This document shows positions 38,055 through 40,848 of a stretch of 40,848 nucleotides of DNA, piece by piece (within the stretch, counting starts at the first letter, position 1; every line of letters begins with the position of its first letter). The notes beneath the pieces are model-generated. The model searched no databases, was not told the origin of the DNA, and saw nothing but the letters and a program-made list of their open reading frames with translations. The stretch spans positions 1 to 40,848 of the forward strand of contig CAZLEV010000022.1 of assembly GCA_964558645.1 (NCBI GenBank), given 5' to 3'. The position numbers and the translations under genes are program-made. Source of the DNA: an uncultured archaeon. GTDB lineage: Archaea > Asgardarchaeota > Thorarchaeia > Thorarchaeales > Thorarchaeaceae.

Positions 38055-39043
38055 GAAGACTCCTCCTGTGGCAATTCACTTGCAAGTGGTAGGACTTGGA
38101 GAGGTTCGTATACCACCAAGCCCTGAGATATTCTCCTAAGAGAGGGAATGCAACTCAGGTATTCCTCACGATTGATCACCGTGTTTACAGCTACCCATTC
38201 GCTATTTGCGAGAGGCGATACCGTAGGCTCTTTGAGAGCAGGGAGCAGTCGAAGGAGCCTATCTAGGTTGTCCTTCTTCACATTAACGAAGATGTGCAAT
38301 CGCTTTCGGGCCTCAACTACTCCATTCAGTAGTGTGGCGATGTCCAGAATCTTCTCTCGCTTCTCAGGATCTCTGATTGCAGCCCTGTTGCAGATGAGCA
38401 CCGCGCTGGATTCGTAGAGTTCCTCTACAACCTCAAGTCCATTCTGTCTGAGTGACGTTCCAGTGTCAACAACCTCAATGATTGCATCAGCGCCAATCGG
38501 TGGTTTAGCTTCAGTTGCTCCAAAGGAGAGATAGACTGCGACTTTCTGATTTGTTCCTGTCTTCCACCAAGGTGTGACAATGATTGGTTCAGAATCGCCG
38601 TATAGCTTCCCATAGACTGGCAAGGACATCAAGGACTCTTTGGCAAGCCCAAGATACTCTGTTGCAATGCGAAGTGTCTTCTTTTGTTCTGCGAAGCTGA
38701 GTACCAGATCACTTAGGGACTGCGACTGAGTCATGTCCTTGGGGACAGCCAATACAATCCTTACCTTGGCATACCCGAGATCCAACAGCTGCCTGACATC
38801 AGCTCCGGTCTCCCGAATCCAGTCGCTTCCAGTTATGCCCACATCCTGAAGTCCATCAGCTACGTAGAGGGGAATCTCCTGTGGGCGCAAGACTCTGACT
38901 TCGATATGATGATCGTTTATGTTTGGCTTGTAAGTCCTGTTCTCGCCAGTTATTCTGTATCCTGCCCTTCTTAGAGTTCGAAGGGTGTCGTCCATCAAGT
39001 GCCCATTTGGGATGACCAGTTTTGTCTTAATCAAAGAAATCAC
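38051..39043 (-). CDS. hisG: ATP phosphoribosyltransferase, long form with C-terminal regulatory domain and internal insertion
   Basis: LRPQEIP, DVGITGSDW, IATEY, SFGATEAKP, DTGTSLRQNGL, PTVSPL. GTG start. Confidence 0.95.
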   Translation of the reverse strand: MISLIKTKLVIPNGHLMDDTLRTLRRAGYRITGENRTYKPNINDHHIEVRVLRPQEIPLYVADGLQDVGITGSDWIRETGADVRQLLDLGYAKVRIVLAVPKDMTQSQSLSDLVLSFAEQKKTLRIATEYLGLAKESLMSLPVYGKLYGDSEPIIVTPWWKTGTNQKVAVYLSFGATEAKPPIGADAIIEVVDTGTSLRQNGLEVVEELYESSAVLICNRAAIRDPEKREKILDIATLLNGVVEARKRLHIFVNVKKDNLDRLLRLLPALKEPTVSPLANSEWVAVNTVINREEYLSCIPSLRRISQGLVVYEPLQVLPLASELPQEESS

Positions 39044-39275
39044 CTAGAATAGACCCTTCTACTAGTAGACCTGTAGGTAATGGTTTCCCCTCTTTCATCT
39101 CATTTTGACTAAGATGAATGGTAGTGTAGAAGAGAGTAATCGGAGAAACATCTAGGAGGGGTTTACTGCCGACTACTGCCGTGGCACTACAGCAGATGAA
39201 CACAATCGCCACGGATGAAGGCAAGACCTCATTTAATGTTTCACCAAGTTGCCGGCAATCGTGCTTGGATATAAG
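39044..39275 (-). promoter_or_regulatory. his operon promoter and roughly 200-nt structured leader with uORFs
   Basis: TATA-like CTTATAT (39275-39269), palindrome TTGCCGGCAA (39249-39258), uORFs 39247-39233 and 39232-39173, hairpins 39179-39214 and 39094-39118. Confidence 0.55.
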
Positions 39276-39307
39276 CATTACTGCTCACTTCTGTACATTG
39301 TATCCAC

Positions 39308-39336
39308 AAAAAATAGGAAAGGGGGATGTTCCCCCT
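39308..39336 (-). terminator. Intrinsic terminator after trpB2
   Basis: Minus strand reads GGGGG-AACAT-CCCCC followed by TTTCCTATTTTTT. Confidence 0.75.
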
Positions 39337-39379
39337 GAAGCTATTGAATTTGGGCACAGATACGTGCGGTTGTGAGGGC

Positions 39380-40699
39380 TCATTCTATTATTTCATCTGA
39401 CTCCAACTCTCCCTTCATGAACATCTCGTAGGCCTTCATGTCGAAGTGACCGTGTCCCGACAGATTGAACACGATTACCTGCTCCTTTTCTTTCTCTTTT
39501 GCTTCCAGAGCCAAGTCGATACTCGCTTTGATAGCGTGTGCGGACTCAGGTGCCGGTATGATCCCTTCAGCCATTGCGAACTGGATTCCAGCCTCAAGAA
39601 CTTCAACCTGACCATATGCCACCGACTCGACAACTCCCTCATGGACCAACGCGCTCATCGTCGGTGCCATTCCGTGGTAGCGAAGGCCTCCAGCGTGGAT
39701 TTTTGGGGGAGTGAAGTCAGCACCGAGCGAATACATTTTGAGCTTGGGGGTCATTCCAGCGGTGTCCCCGAAGTCATATTCGTATGCTCCTTTGGTGAGC
39801 GTTGGGCAGGCGCTAGGTTCGACCGCAATGTATCTCGTTTCTTGATATCCCTCATCGGCAATGAACGGATAGATCATCCCTCCAAAGTTGGAACCGCCAC
39901 CACAGCAGCCAACTAGAAAGTCAGGTTCAACTTCTGCGGCTTCCAGCTGCAGCATAGTTTCTTGACCGATGACAGTCTGATGAAGCAGGACGTGATTGAG
40001 AACCGAACCGAGGGTGTATTTCGTGTCCTCCCGGTGCATTGCGTCCTCAAGTGCCTCGCTGATTGCAATACCTAGAGTACCAGGATGGTCCGGTGATTCT
40101 GACAGAAGCCTTCGACCAAACTCAGTTTCCTCTGATGGGCTCGGGACTATCTTCGCGCCATAGCAGTTCATGAGGGTCCCCCGATGTTTCTTCTGGTCAT
40201 AACTGATTCTCACCATGTAAATCATGGCTTCCATGTCAAATACAGAGCAAGCTAATGCAACTGCTGTGCCCCACTGACCCGCTCCTGTTTCAGTGGTATA
40301 CCTCTCGACTCCCTCCTGCCGCGCGTAGTACGCCTGGGCTAGGGCTGTATTCAGCTTGTGACTGCCTGTGGGCGAAACATCCTCCCGCTTGTAGAAGATC
40401 TTTGCCGGTGTCTTTAGCATCTCCTCCAGCCGTCTAGCTCTGTTGAGGGGCGTTGGTCGCCCAAAACGCATCAAACCCTCTCTGACATCGTTTGGAATGC
40501 GAATCCTTTTCTCCCGAGAGAACTCTTGGTCTACACATTCCCGAGCAAAGATCGGATAGAGTGCCTCAGGTCCAAGGGTTTCGCCGGTCTGGGGATGCAC
40601 AGGTGGCGGTAGCTCATCCTTGAGGTATGGTACGATGTTGATGTATTGTTTCGGTGTTTCTTCTACGTCTAAGATTATCCTGTTCTTGTCTGGTTTCAT
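39380..40699 (-). CDS. trpB2: Tryptophan synthase beta chain type 2 (TrpB2), stand-alone
   Basis: RPTPL, SPTGSHKLNTA, TTETGAGQWG, GSVLNHVLLHQT, GGGSNFGG, HAGGLRYHG, FNLSGHG. No trpA in the window. Confidence 0.96.
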   Translation of the reverse strand: MKPDKNRIILDVEETPKQYINIVPYLKDELPPPVHPQTGETLGPEALYPIFARECVDQEFSREKRIRIPNDVREGLMRFGRPTPLNRARRLEEMLKTPAKIFYKREDVSPTGSHKLNTALAQAYYARQEGVERYTTETGAGQWGTAVALACSVFDMEAMIYMVRISYDQKKHRGTLMNCYGAKIVPSPSEETEFGRRLLSESPDHPGTLGIAISEALEDAMHREDTKYTLGSVLNHVLLHQTVIGQETMLQLEAAEVEPDFLVGCCGGGSNFGGMIYPFIADEGYQETRYIAVEPSACPTLTKGAYEYDFGDTAGMTPKLKMYSLGADFTPPKIHAGGLRYHGMAPTMSALVHEGVVESVAYGQVEVLEAGIQFAMAEGIIPAPESAHAIKASIDLALEAKEKEKEQVIVFNLSGHGHFDMKAYEMFMKGELESDEIIE

Positions 40700-40794
40700 T
40701 GTTTTGTTACGTCCTTGTTATCATGGAGTTCCCATAGAGTATGGCGGTTGAACTGCCGCACGTTGACAAACCAAAGGAGTTTCCGAGGCCACAC
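40696..40794 (-). CDS. Putative Trp-containing leader peptide (32 aa) upstream of trpB2
   Basis: GTG-initiated MWPRKLLWFVNVRQFNRHTLWELHDNKDVTKQ*, with 3 TGG codons. Its TGA overlaps the trpB2 ATG (ATGA). Confidence 0.45.
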   Translation of the reverse strand: MWPRKLLWFVNVRQFNRHTLWELHDNKDVTKQ

Positions 40795-40848
40795 CTGAGG
40801 AGTTCTGTGACTGTGCTATACGAAGAGAAAGAGTTGGTGTGACTCTCA

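Noticed and set aside
39044-39250. ZTP or T-box riboswitch in the his leader
   Set aside because: The conserved ZTP elements (GACUGGCG, GCCUGGGC) and the T-box UGGNACC/AG-box motifs are not found.
39027-39278. 83-aa minus-strand ORF as a possible hisE
   Set aside because: No HisE/MazG acidic helical motifs, and it starts upstream of the apparent TATA box.
40720-40800. Fluoride riboswitch-like ATGGAGTTCCC on the plus strand
   Set aside because: Lacks the 5' GGxGA pairing partner and the downstream UGAUGACUCC pseudoknot segment.
1-40848. Numerous 60-156 aa antisense or overlapping ORFs in the track
   Set aside because: They are shadows of well-supported genes on the other strand or frame and show no family motifs.

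Overview
This is a 40.8-kb archaeal chromosomal segment. TATA-like boxes sit about 20-25 nt upstream of several start codons, and the window has GGTGA/GGAGG SD sites, a single-OB SSB, a stand-alone TrpB2 and membrane-anchored SBBP surface proteins. The gene set resembles Asgard archaea (Thorarchaeia-like); this is an inference, not a database result. Genes: HisN-like IMPase, GH3 beta-glucosidase, an MNT-HEPN toxin-antitoxin pair, three C-terminally anchored surface-protein loci (one an empty, frameshifted shell), a TusA-like protein, APC and SLC13 transporters, and an FMN oxidoreductase followed by a rifampicin-phosphotransferase-like dikinase and a beta-barrel protein. Further on are SSB with an RGG tail, YkgJ, an orphan histidine kinase, a thioesterase, two nitroreductases, TrmO, MscS, orphan EutA with a GNAT, a Ser/Thr dehydratase, a tightly coupled hisG-D-C-B-H-A-F-I operon lacking hisE, and trpB2. 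No rRNA, tRNA, CRISPR array or transposase was found. Most notable are: (1) unannotated leader uORFs carrying cognate amino-acid codons upstream of trpB2 (3 Trp codons, stop overlapping the trpB2 ATG) and of the his operon (His codons in a structured leader with alternative pairings), suggesting leader-peptide regulation in an archaeon; (2) the dikinase/beta-barrel/reductase module; (3) a 114-nt structured intergenic element; (4) signs of modular shuffling of surface proteins.
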